From Candidatus Acidiferrales bacterium (lineage in GTDB: Bacteria > Vulcanimicrobiota > Vulcanimicrobiia > Vulcanimicrobiales > Vulcanimicrobiaceae), in assembly GCA_035504755.1 (NCBI GenBank), contig DATJRM010000024.1, forward strand, positions 765-64,764: a stretch of DNA of 64,000 nucleotides, written 5' to 3'. Position 1 is the stretch's first letter. Each line of letters opens with the position of its first letter. This document shows, one piece after another, positions 54,532-63,386 of the stretch. Under the pieces are notes generated by a model. It was given only the letters and a program-made list of their open reading frames with translations. It was not told the origin of the DNA and did no database searches. The position numbers were made by a program, and so were the translations under genes.

Positions 54532-55596
54532 TCAGGACGACCCGCTTGCGTGCGTGCCCGGGACCTCGCAAGACTCGAAATCCAGGTCGTAAATGGCTAA
54601 GCCGTAGGCGCTCGGGGACAAGCGCAGGTCGTGCGTACCGTAAACCTTGTTCTCGATGATGTGATACGCGCGATCCGCGTCGACGTCGACGTATGACGCG
54701 CCGCTGGGGTCGTAGCGCACGTCAGGACCGGCGTCTTCGCGCGGAACCGGCTTGCCGTCTTGCGTCAGCACCACGCGGCCGGGTTTGCCGTTTGGCGGCG
54801 TCATCACGACCGTAACCTCGATCGCGCGGTACGACAGGGCGAGATATCCGTCGCCGCCGCCAAACGCCATCGCCTCCGGTTTGGCGTGCCAGAAGCCATC
54901 GAGATATAAGGCGCCGTCGCGACGAGTGCCGCCGGGATCGTGATATGAAAGATCGGTTGAGGGATCGCCGAACGTCGGCGCGTCCGCGATCGGCGTGTGC
55001 GCGACCAGGATCTCCGGCGTGTGCGGGTAGCAGACCGCCCCCGGTATCAGGTAGTTGTCTTGCGGAAGCAACGCCATGACCGGTGGCAACGAAAGCGACG
55101 GATTTGCGGCTTTGAGCAAGGCTTGAATGCGCGACTCGGTCTGTGGATAGCCGCCCTCGCCCATCGTCGCGTCGACCAAATGACCGTCTTGGTCGAAGAG
55201 CAGCTCCGTCGGCCATTCGTCGACGCCGTAGCGCTTCCAGATGGTGTAGTTGCTGTCGACGGCGACCGGCCACGTGACGTCGAGACGTTCCGTCGCTGCT
55301 TCGACTTGATCGGGTCGCGCGGAGAACGCGAACTCGGGAGTCTGCACACCGATGATGACGAAACCGTCCTGATGGTAACGCTTGTACCATTCGCGCAGGT
55401 ATGGCAGCGTGCGCAAACAGTTGAGGCAGGTGTACTCCCAAAAGTCCACCAGGACGACCTTGCCGTGCAGGTCCGAGGGTTCGAGCGCCGGGCTATTGAT
55501 CCAACGTGTTGCGCCGTCGAAGCTCAGCATCGGGGCGCCGGCCGTGAATCCGCACAGCAACAACGCGGCCAGTCCCAGCATCACCACTCGTCTCAT
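54532..55596 (-). CDS. secreted thioredoxin-fold protein (CxxC = CLNC) with a C-terminal beta-rich domain (DipZ C-terminal-like architecture)
   Basis: It has a signal peptide/lipobox LLLCG. VLVDFWEYTCLNCLRTLPYL and VDEWPTELLFDQDGHL fit the family. It is a paralogue of 39634..40104 in the redoxin part. Confidence 0.75.
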   Translation of the reverse strand: MRRVVMLGLAALLLCGFTAGAPMLSFDGATRWINSPALEPSDLHGKVVLVDFWEYTCLNCLRTLPYLREWYKRYHQDGFVIIGVQTPEFAFSARPDQVEAATERLDVTWPVAVDSNYTIWKRYGVDEWPTELLFDQDGHLVDATMGEGGYPQTESRIQALLKAANPSLSLPPVMALLPQDNYLIPGAVCYPHTPEILVAHTPIADAPTFGDPSTDLSYHDPGGTRRDGALYLDGFWHAKPEAMAFGGGDGYLALSYRAIEVTVVMTPPNGKPGRVVLTQDGKPVPREDAGPDVRYDPSGASYVDVDADRAYHIIENKVYGTHDLRLSPSAYGLAIYDLDFESCEVPGTHASGSS

Positions 55597-55650
55597 CAGG
55601 CACGAACCTCGCTTCCACGAGCTTCGACGCCGCTCGGGGTGCTACTGTGA

Positions 55651-56121
55651 CTAACGTGCCTGCTGGACCGCCTTGAGGTCGCCTTCGAGCACCGGCACCG
55701 ACGTCTCGGCAAACGAACGCATCTGCGCTCCCCCGCCGCCCTTTGCTTCTTGTTCGAAGAGCGTGATCAGTTGCGGCAGCACCGTGGCTTGACTTGCCGT
55801 GTAGTCCGACGCCTGGATCGAAGGCTTGGGCGAATCGATGGAAACCTTGATGCCGTAGTAGCCTGCGATCGAGACGAGTTGCGTGCCGATGCTGACCTCG
55901 TCGCTCTGGACTTTGCTTGCCAATGCCTTGACGGTGGCATCTCCGCCGGACTCGGCGGGATTCGCGTTCGCGACGCTTTGGAGCAAGAGGGGCATCGCGT
56001 GGCTCGTGAACTGCGTATCCGCAGGGGTTGTGGGGTCGCCGCTTGCGCCGAGAAGAGCGAGGCCGAGCGCACCGCAGATTGCCACCGGGACGACGGTGCG
56101 AACGATTCGATCGTGTTTCAT
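55651..56121 (-). CDS. DUF4142-like secreted/lipoprotein
   Basis: It has a signal peptide. The two-repeat helical pattern (D..F...A ... VKALA.K ... and ...EAKGGGGAQMRSFAE...PVLE) resembles DUF4142, but the usual His residues are replaced. Confidence 0.45.
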   Translation of the reverse strand: MKHDRIVRTVVPVAICGALGLALLGASGDPTTPADTQFTSHAMPLLLQSVANANPAESGGDATVKALASKVQSDEVSIGTQLVSIAGYYGIKVSIDSPKPSIQASDYTASQATVLPQLITLFEQEAKGGGGAQMRSFAETSVPVLEGDLKAVQQAR

Positions 56122-56225
56122 GGTCAGTCCAGCGTGTATGCGCTGCGACGCCGTTGCGTGCTACTTTCCCGGCATCGAAAAACCAAATAATCTTCAATTC
56201 GGTGTCGACGGTCGCCAAATTGACT

Positions 56226-56231
56226 TATAAT
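56226..56231 (+). promoter_or_regulatory. consensus -10 box TATAAT 7 nt upstream of the ATG (possible leaderless transcript)
   Basis: The sequence reads ttgacTTATAATtgcggtcATG. There is no Shine-Dalgarno sequence between the box and ATG 56239. The -35 is poor. Confidence 0.4.
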
Positions 56232-56238
56232 TGCGGTC

Positions 56239-57024
56239 ATGTTGCTTGGTCTGCTGCTTTACTTCGCGATGGGATTGCTCTTTGGCTACTGCGGTGGTTT
56301 GTTGGGAATCGGAGGCGGCTTGATCGCGATTCCCGTGCTCGGCGTCTTCTTCGGGTTTTCCGAGCAGCTCGCGCAAGGAACGGCGCTCGTGATGATCGTG
56401 CCGAACGTGCTGCTCGGCCTCTGGAACTACATCCGTAAAATCGGACTCGATGCGCGGTTAGCGGTGACGCTGGCGGTGACGGCAGTCCCCTTCACGTTCG
56501 TGGCGGCGCATGTTGCGACCGCGCTGCCGAGCAAACCGCTGCGCATCGCTTTTGCCGTCTTTCTGACTGCGATCGCCGCCGAGATGGCATGGCGCACCTT
56601 CGGTCCCAGGCGCAAGCCGTCTTCGCGGCATTTTCCCTGGCCGGTTGCCGGCATCGTCGGTGCGCTCGGCGGCTCGCTGTCGGGGTTTTTCAGCGTTGGC
56701 GGGGCCGTCTTCTCGGTTCCCGGGATGTCGATACTCTTCGGGTTGCGTCAAGTCGAAGCCCAGGGGATGGGGCTGGCATTGGTCGCCCCCGGGACCATTG
56801 TGAATATCTTCATCTACGGATTTGCGCACGACATCGATTGGCCGGCGGGGATTGCGCTCGCGCTCGGCGGCGCGATTGCCGTGCCGCACGGCGTCAATCT
56901 CGCAAAGCGTTTGCCCGAGCGTGTCTTGCGCACGCTGTTCATGCTGCTGATGCTCGCCGGCGCCGCCGCATTGGCGACGAGCGCCGGCGAGCATGGGGTA
57001 CCGTCTACTACAATCTCACGTTGA
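56239..57024 (+). CDS. TSUP (TauE/SafE, DUF81) family anion exporter (paralogue)
   Basis: It has a multi-TM profile with N-terminus GLLFGYCGGLLGIGGGLIAIPVL. Confidence 0.8.
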   Translation: MLLGLLLYFAMGLLFGYCGGLLGIGGGLIAIPVLGVFFGFSEQLAQGTALVMIVPNVLLGLWNYIRKIGLDARLAVTLAVTAVPFTFVAAHVATALPSKPLRIAFAVFLTAIAAEMAWRTFGPRRKPSSRHFPWPVAGIVGALGGSLSGFFSVGGAVFSVPGMSILFGLRQVEAQGMGLALVAPGTIVNIFIYGFAHDIDWPAGIALALGGAIAVPHGVNLAKRLPERVLRTLFMLLMLAGAAALATSAGEHGVPSTTISR

Positions 57025-60000
57025 GTTGCGCGTAGACGTTGAGCGGCGGTGGATTTCCGAGATTAGCGTCGAGTGCCGGCGTATAGGATTGGAGTTGCCA
57101 GGCATACGGCGTAAACCCGTTTGCCGCCGAGTCATACGGCGAGGTTCCGTTGTAGAAGTTGCCGGCGTAGAATCCATTGGCGAAATACGCGCAATAGTTC
57201 GGGCCGGCGGGATAGGCAGCCGTCCACGGTTCCTTCGAACCGCCGAAGCAGTCGTGGAAGATGTCCGCGACGGTGACCGTTGCAGAGAGCCGCGGCGAAA
57301 TGTCGTAGCTGATCTGCAGATTGGTCGTCAGTACCCATGGGTTGCGGAACTGGCCCGGTGACGAGAACGATCCCGTCTGGAAGTTCGGCACGTAGAGTTG
57401 AGCTGCTGCGGTGGAGTACGTCCCGACATCCGAGAGCGCGTCGCACTGATACGGATTCGTACCCGGCGAGAGCGCCGTGATGCCGGCGGTTGCCGAGTTC
57501 TGCCCGCACGTGCGCGGATCGATACCGATGACGTCCAGCGGACCACCGTACGAGTTTCCTTCGGTCAGCTGCAGCGACGGTGTGATCGCCCATTTGTTTT
57601 TGCGGTAATTGAGGATCAGCGTCGTGTCTATCGGCGAGTCGTAGTAGGCCGTGCTCGGGTTGTCGATGGGAGAGAGGCCGGTGGAGCCGGGCGCATACCA
57701 GCCGCTGGGATCAAGCAGCGGCTGCACCGCGTCGTTATAGTACGGGTTGAGGATCGCGGTCGACGGCGGCGTCGTTCCCGCCGCGACGCACGATCCGGCG
57801 TTGTAGTAGGGACAGCCGCCCCCGCCTTTGGTCAATTCGTTGAACTGTTGGATCGCGGAATTGGCCGAGACGATCTGGTTCGCGCCGTAGTAGTCCTGGT
57901 ATTTGACCTTTGCGTCGGTGTACGTCACCGCGAGCTGACCGGAGAATCCATTGCGCGAGAAGTCGCCCTTCTGGATCGAGAGCTCCGAACCGAGCGAACG
58001 GAATTGTCCGACCGGAGCTTGGGTCACGAAGTTTGTTCCGATGAAGGATTGCTCCTGATAGCCCTGGGTGACGCTATAGAACGGCGTGATCTTGAAGCTC
58101 CAGTCCGTTCCGCGGACGTGGCGCTCGAGCGAGAGATCGAATTGATCCGCGCTCATCGCCGGAATCGGGTGGAACGGGGACTCGAATCCGAGCGGTAGAC
58201 CCGCGGTCCAAATGCTCAGCTCGTTGCCCGAGTTGCTCAGGTATTGCACCGATGCGGAGATCGGGGGTTCGGTGAAGCGTCCTGCCGAGGCGCGCCACAC
58301 CGTATCCGGTGATTCCGTGTACGTTGCCGAGAAACGCGGCGAAAGATCGCCGATCGTGTAGCTCGTCGGAGAGTTCGCCGAGAAGTTCGGATGGGCGTAG
58401 CCGGCCGGACAGGATGCGGTGTAGATCGGAGCTGCGGGCGGCGGTTCACCGGGCAGCAGCGTTTGAGAGTAGACGCTTCCCACCGAGTTTACGCAGATAT
58501 CTTGCTGGATGATCTGCGCGTAGAACGCGGTTGCCGGCGTTGCGGCGGAATCGAGACTGTACTCGTAGTTCTCGGATCGTAGCGCAAAGTTGAAAAGCAG
58601 CTTGTCGCTCGGACGCCACTGATCGCTTAGCGAAATGAACGAGAAATGGGGAGCGACGGTGTTATAGGATCCGCTGGAATCGCCGTTCCAGAGGGTGGCC
58701 CAATACGCTCCGGCGAGCGCCGCCGGCGTTCCCGCCGGAGCAGTTCCCGTTGGACCGGCTACGGACGTGCTCTCGTACGATCCGCCCGGCGCGCACGTTT
58801 CCGCCGCTCCCGAAGTTGGGTCGTAGCAGTCGTAGGCGCCGTTGCTCTCGCTGATGTAGCCGATCGGCGAGCTTCCGGCGGTGTAGCCGTCGTTGTTGAA
58901 GCGCATTACGTTGGCGGTGGTGTAGTTTGCCGTCAGCTGCAAGAGGTTGTCGTTGTTGAGCTGATCGGTGAACTGCAGTTCGCCGCCTGCCGTGTGCGTG
59001 ATGAGGTCGTAGTTTGCCGACGCGAAGTCGTAGTCGGCTGGGCCGACTCCGTAGTTCGCATAGGCGTTCCATGCCGATTCCGCGCCCGCTTGCGTCCAAT
59101 CCGAGAAGAACGTATAGGCAAAGGCGCGCACGTACGCGTTATCCGAGAGCTCGTGCGTGTACTGAGCCTTCACGATGCCGGTGTCGTTGAAGAATCCGTC
59201 ACGAGCATTCGCCGGAATCTCCGAATCGAAGGAACGGTCCGTTGGGCTCGAGGGCTGGTAGTAGTTTTGCAATGCGAGTCCCGAAATCGGCGTGCCGAAC
59301 GGGGCATTATAGACCTGTGCGTCCACGTAGTACGGATAGTTCGGCGCGCAGGCGGTACCGTTCAATACGCCCGAGGGCGGGCAGTACGGATTGCCGGTTA
59401 CGGCGAGGGTGTATGGCGCGTAGCCGCCCGCGTCGTTGGCGCTCGAGGACGCCGTCGTATTCATCGACGACCCGCTCCACAGCAACTGGATGTCGTCGCT
59501 GAGACCGTTCTTGCGCGGAATGCGGAAGTGGAAATTCGCGACGTTCTCGCGGTCGGATATCATTGCCGGAACGCTGAGATTCCCATAGTTACCCGCGTAG
59601 GGAACGAAGCAGTTCGTAGGTTGGGCGGCAACGCCGGTCGTCGTCGCCTCGGAATCGAACCACGGCAGCCCGCTCACGCCGGCCGGCGTAACGTTCGTTC
59701 CGGCCTCGCACAAGGGCGCAAGCGAACGGGGTACGCCGTTGAGCGCGGTGCTCACGTCCATGAGCGAATACCCGGAATAGACGTCGCCGGGCTGCATCAG
59801 ATCGGAGCCGTTGTAGTTATCGAGGTTGCGATAGTCCTGGTTGTAGCCCGAGAGACCGACGTAGTAGCTGAAGTTTCGATCCGGCGTTGCGCCGCCGGCT
59901 TCGATTTTAGCTTGATGGTAGTACGTTGGTCCGCCGATGCCGCCTTGGAGCGTCGCGTAACCGGGGTACGTTCCCGTCTTGATCACCTGGTTGACGAAAC

Positions 60001-60715
60001 CAGATGTTCCCGACGACGAGTTTGACGAGGGGCCGCCACCGGTGTAGACTTCGAGCTCTTGCAAGCCGGTGTTGCTCTCGGTCGAGGCAACGTAGTTGTC
60101 GAAAGCTCGATTGACCGGAATGCCGTCGTACTCGAAACCCGAGAAGAACGCCTGCTGTCCGCGGATGAACGTCGCCTGATTCCAGCCCATGCCTCCCGAG
60201 GTGACGAGAACGCCGGGCACGGATGCAATCGCCGCATAGGCGCTGTTCAGGTTGGTACCACCGCCGAGCGCGGCCGTGGCCTGGATCGACGACGAGTTGA
60301 CGTTATAGAGATCCGACCCAACGCCCGACTTGACCACATTGCTCGCCGTTGCCGTAACGCTGGCGATGGTCTTGAGCGAGTTCATGCGCAAGGCGAGGGA
60401 TTGATTTTGGTCGGCGAAGATGCTAACGCCGGCGATTGAAACCGGGTTGAAGCCCTCCTTCTGAAGTGAGACCGTGTATGTGTCCGGAGCGAGCGCGAGG
60501 AACACGAAGTGCCCTCCGCTGTCCGTGGTTGTCGTAGCGACCTGCGACGCCGACGTCACTTTGACGGCAACGCCCGCAAGCGGATGCCCGGCTTGATCGG
60601 TAACTTGCCCGCCGAGACCGCCCGTCGTACCAGCCAGTGCCCACGTTACCTGGCCGAAGAAGGCGAGCGTCAAAGCGAGTGCAACCAACGAACGCCGGAA
60701 GAAGAGACGTTTCAT
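57008..60715 (-). CDS. TonB-dependent receptor-like outer-membrane protein with N-terminal CarboxypepD_reg domain
   Basis: It has a signal peptide, a CarboxypepD_reg pattern (GGLGGQVTDQAGHPLAGVAVKV...TTDSGGHFVFLALAPDTYTVSL), a plug-like segment (...ATFIRGQQAFFSGFEYDGIPVNR) and a very long Gly/Tyr/Asn-rich beta-barrel. Confidence 0.8.
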   Translation of the reverse strand: MKRLFFRRSLVALALTLAFFGQVTWALAGTTGGLGGQVTDQAGHPLAGVAVKVTSASQVATTTTDSGGHFVFLALAPDTYTVSLQKEGFNPVSIAGVSIFADQNQSLALRMNSLKTIASVTATASNVVKSGVGSDLYNVNSSSIQATAALGGGTNLNSAYAAIASVPGVLVTSGGMGWNQATFIRGQQAFFSGFEYDGIPVNRAFDNYVASTESNTGLQELEVYTGGGPSSNSSSGTSGFVNQVIKTGTYPGYATLQGGIGGPTYYHQAKIEAGGATPDRNFSYYVGLSGYNQDYRNLDNYNGSDLMQPGDVYSGYSLMDVSTALNGVPRSLAPLCEAGTNVTPAGVSGLPWFDSEATTTGVAAQPTNCFVPYAGNYGNLSVPAMISDRENVANFHFRIPRKNGLSDDIQLLWSGSSMNTTASSSANDAGGYAPYTLAVTGNPYCPPSGVLNGTACAPNYPYYVDAQVYNAPFGTPISGLALQNYYQPSSPTDRSFDSEIPANARDGFFNDTGIVKAQYTHELSDNAYVRAFAYTFFSDWTQAGAESAWNAYANYGVGPADYDFASANYDLITHTAGGELQFTDQLNNDNLLQLTANYTTANVMRFNNDGYTAGSSPIGYISESNGAYDCYDPTSGAAETCAPGGSYESTSVAGPTGTAPAGTPAALAGAYWATLWNGDSSGSYNTVAPHFSFISLSDQWRPSDKLLFNFALRSENYEYSLDSAATPATAFYAQIIQQDICVNSVGSVYSQTLLPGEPPPAAPIYTASCPAGYAHPNFSANSPTSYTIGDLSPRFSATYTESPDTVWRASAGRFTEPPISASVQYLSNSGNELSIWTAGLPLGFESPFHPIPAMSADQFDLSLERHVRGTDWSFKITPFYSVTQGYQEQSFIGTNFVTQAPVGQFRSLGSELSIQKGDFSRNGFSGQLAVTYTDAKVKYQDYYGANQIVSANSAIQQFNELTKGGGGCPYYNAGSCVAAGTTPPSTAILNPYYNDAVQPLLDPSGWYAPGSTGLSPIDNPSTAYYDSPIDTTLILNYRKNKWAITPSLQLTEGNSYGGPLDVIGIDPRTCGQNSATAGITALSPGTNPYQCDALSDVGTYSTAAAQLYVPNFQTGSFSSPGQFRNPWVLTTNLQISYDISPRLSATVTVADIFHDCFGGSKEPWTAAYPAGPNYCAYFANGFYAGNFYNGTSPYDSAANGFTPYAWQLQSYTPALDANLGNPPPLNVYAQLNVRL

Positions 60716-60826
60716 GTGTTTGCTTTCCTCTGTGTTGGAAGTGGGGATCGCTCAGCGCAGTCCCACACATTTCACAGCGTGTCATAAGCCCGGCATAACG
60801 TCTCAACAAAATCTAACAAATGAAAT

Positions 60827-60851
60827 CGGACGCCGGGGCTAAGGGCGTCCG
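60827..60851 (-). terminator. rho-independent terminator candidate after the wHTH-TPR regulator gene
   Basis: The 8-bp GC stem is CGGACGCC/GGCGTCCG with a 9-nt loop. On the minus strand it is followed by ATTTCATTTGTTAGATTTTGTTG. Confidence 0.55.
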
Positions 60852-60922
60852 AATGTGTCACTCATCTACACGGCGCTTAGTATTGCGTAGTATGTAGTGC
60901 CGAGTCTTCACACGGGATAACA

Positions 60923-62206
60923 TCACGCACAGCGCACGCTCAGTGTTGCATTTCGCACCTCGGGGTTACGGCGCATGATCGGCGCGTATAGAGGGTCGAC
61001 GCGCACGAGGAAAAGGCCCGGCTCCAGCGTGTACTGCGCGTTGTTCAGTGCCTGCAATGCCGCGCGGAAGTCGCCCCGCGCCAGATGGATGGCCGACGCG
61101 CCTATGTGAGCGGGATGACGCGAAGCCGCAAGGGCGCTCAAGGCGCGCTCGCTCCCGTCACGATCTCCGCGTTTGGCCGCTATATATCCACGGAGAGCTA
61201 CGACGCGGTTGAGCAGGTCCGTGCCGGTTATCGACGTCAAGAGATGCTCGGCGCGGTCGTAGTCGCAGGTCATCGCAAATGCTTGGGCGTCGTAAAAGAG
61301 GGATGTCGTTTGCGCGGCGTCGAGCCGCTGCGCGGTCTCGAAGCAGGCATGCGCGTCATCGTAGCGCCCTGCCATATATAACACGATGCCGAGCATCGCC
61401 GTGGACTGCTGCGACGCCGGCCCCGAGCGAACCGCGAGATCGGCTTGGGTGAGCGCAGCTGCGAAATCTCCGTGCGAGAGGCGCTCCCAAATCGCTGCTT
61501 TGTGCGCCGGCGGTGAATAGGGAGCAAGGAGCAGGGCGCGTTCGGCCGCGTGGTGCGCGGCTTCGCGATCGTTGTTGAAGAAAAGCAGCAGCGTTGCCAG
61601 CGTCGCATAGGCGTCGGCCGAATTCGGATCGCGATCGAGCACGGTGCTCAGCGTGCGACGCGCGCTCCGGTAGGCTTCACCCGGAGGAAGAAACTGGCGA
61701 ATTCCCGCGTTCGTATACGCCTTCGCGAGCATCATGAGGGCGGGAATATAGTCGGGATCTTCGGTGCGAACGTCTTCCAGCAACCGAATGGCGACCAGCG
61801 TCGACCCCTCGGTGCGCCGGCGATACTGTAACGCCGCTTGCTGATACAGCGAGAAGCTGGGGCGCAGCGCGTCGAGCACGTCGCTGCGTGTCTCGATCGG
61901 CGAGCCGCCAGAAAACTGAAAACCGATACCCGGAATGGTGCGGATGAACTCCCGGTCTGCGGCGTAGCGCCCCAAGGCTCGGCGCAGGCGATAGACGGTC
62001 TGCGTGAGTGCCGCGTCGCTGGCCGCAGCGCCTTGCCACAGCTGCTCGATGATTTCATCCTTCGTAATCGTGCGCGGGCGATGCGCGGCGAGGAGCGCGA
62101 GCAACTCAGCCTCCTTCGGTTTGAGCGCTACCTGTGCTCCTTCGTGCCAGAGCCGCCGCTGCGGTACGCTCAGGATGAAAGGGCCGAACGACACCTCATT
62201 GCTCAC
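60923..62206 (-). CDS. one-component regulator: N-terminal OmpR/PhoB-type winged-helix DNA-binding domain plus TPR repeats (no receiver, no TM)
   Basis: The wHTH is FGPFILSVPQRRLWHEGAQVALKPKEAELLALLAAHRPRTITKDEIIEQLW...TVYRLRRAL...IRTIPGIGFQF. The C-terminal part has Ala/Leu-rich TPR-like repeats. Confidence 0.75.
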   Translation of the reverse strand: MSNEVSFGPFILSVPQRRLWHEGAQVALKPKEAELLALLAAHRPRTITKDEIIEQLWQGAAASDAALTQTVYRLRRALGRYAADREFIRTIPGIGFQFSGGSPIETRSDVLDALRPSFSLYQQAALQYRRRTEGSTLVAIRLLEDVRTEDPDYIPALMMLAKAYTNAGIRQFLPPGEAYRSARRTLSTVLDRDPNSADAYATLATLLLFFNNDREAAHHAAERALLLAPYSPPAHKAAIWERLSHGDFAAALTQADLAVRSGPASQQSTAMLGIVLYMAGRYDDAHACFETAQRLDAAQTTSLFYDAQAFAMTCDYDRAEHLLTSITGTDLLNRVVALRGYIAAKRGDRDGSERALSALAASRHPAHIGASAIHLARGDFRAALQALNNAQYTLEPGLFLVRVDPLYAPIMRRNPEVRNATLSVRCA

Positions 62207-62237
62207 ACACTGTCACGACGCAGAATGGTGATACATT

Positions 62238-62594
62238 GTGACTCCCAGGATTCGTACTGATGCGGCGCAGAAGTCAAACGAGGTGAAGCAGCTCTTGGCC
62301 TTCTTACTTGCGGCAAACGTCTTGGCGCCGTCCGGCATTCTCCAGTCGCCGGCGGCGTTCGAGCGGAAAAACGTTACGGTGCTGGGTATCGTCGAGGCGG
62401 TCTCGGTTCGGTCGATCCCGGGCGGCTTTGTCACGCAGTTCGCGCTTTGCGACAGTCGCTGCCTCAACGTGATCGAGTTCAAGAAGCCGAATTTCGCGAT
62501 CGGCCAGTCTCTCACGGTCGCGGGAACGTTTCACACGATCTTTTCCAGCGGTATCATTCAGGCGCGCAACGTCATCATCGTTAGTCAGCCGTAG
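62238..62594 (+). CDS. small secreted hypothetical protein
   Basis: It has a hydrophobic N-terminal segment LLAFLLAANVLAPSG and a CxxxC (CDSRC). GC is visibly lower than in the flanks. An alternative start is GTG 62283. I recognise no family. Confidence 0.4.
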   Translation: MTPRIRTDAAQKSNEVKQLLAFLLAANVLAPSGILQSPAAFERKNVTVLGIVEAVSVRSIPGGFVTQFALCDSRCLNVIEFKKPNFAIGQSLTVAGTFHTIFSSGIIQARNVIIVSQP

Positions 62595-62596
62595 GC

Positions 62597-63376
62597 ATGA
62601 GAAGCCAAACGGAAAAGGCGATGGCGTTTCGCGCATTGCACGAACGCAAGAGCGCCTTCATTATCCCAAACCCCTGGGACATCGGAAGCGCGAGGATCCT
62701 CGAGCGACTCGGCTTTGAAGCCTTGGCGACCACGAGTCTAGGTTTCGCGCTATCGATTGGGCGGAGTGACGGCGACGTGGATCGTGACGCAATGCTCGCT
62801 CACGTCGCGCAGCTTGCCGCCGCGACCGATCTGCCCGTGAGCGCGGATCTCGAGAACGGCTACGCCGATGAGCCCGGCGGCGTCGCCGAAACCGTGCGTC
62901 TCGCGGCCGCCGCGGGTCTTGCGGGATGCTCGATCGAGGATCTGCCGCTCGGGCGCCAAGGCGAGCCGTACGATCTCGAATTTGCGGCGAAGCGCGTGCG
63001 TGCGGCGGTCGACGCGGCGCGCTCGTTGCCGTTTCCGTTTACACTCACGGCGCGCGCCGAAAACCTCATCGCCGGCCGTCCCGACCTCGACGACACGATT
63101 GCACGCCTGCAGGCGTATCAGGACGCCGGGGCCGACGTGCTCTACGCGCCCGGGCTGCGCACCGAAGACGAGATCGCCGCGGTCGTACGCGCGGTCGATC
63201 GTCCGGTCAACGTGCTGGCAAGCACGCTCGGGACGGCATTGGACCTCGCCGCGCTCGAGCGGCTCGGCGTCAGACGCGTCAGCGTCGGCGGCGCACTCGC
63301 GCGCCTGGCCTACGATACGATGACGCAAACCGCCGCAGAGATGCGCGAAGGGGGCACGTTCAGTTTCGCGCGCTAG
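62597..63376 (+). CDS. isocitrate lyase / PEP mutase family protein (2-methylisocitrate lyase / carboxyvinyl-carboxyphosphonate phosphorylmutase-like)
   Basis: It reads FIIPNPWDIGSARILERLGFEALATTS...VSADLENGY...AGCSIED. Confidence 0.8.
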   Translation: MRSQTEKAMAFRALHERKSAFIIPNPWDIGSARILERLGFEALATTSLGFALSIGRSDGDVDRDAMLAHVAQLAAATDLPVSADLENGYADEPGGVAETVRLAAAAGLAGCSIEDLPLGRQGEPYDLEFAAKRVRAAVDAARSLPFPFTLTARAENLIAGRPDLDDTIARLQAYQDAGADVLYAPGLRTEDEIAAVVRAVDRPVNVLASTLGTALDLAALERLGVRRVSVGGALARLAYDTMTQTAAEMREGGTFSFAR

Positions 63377-63386
63377 CGCCGTAACG

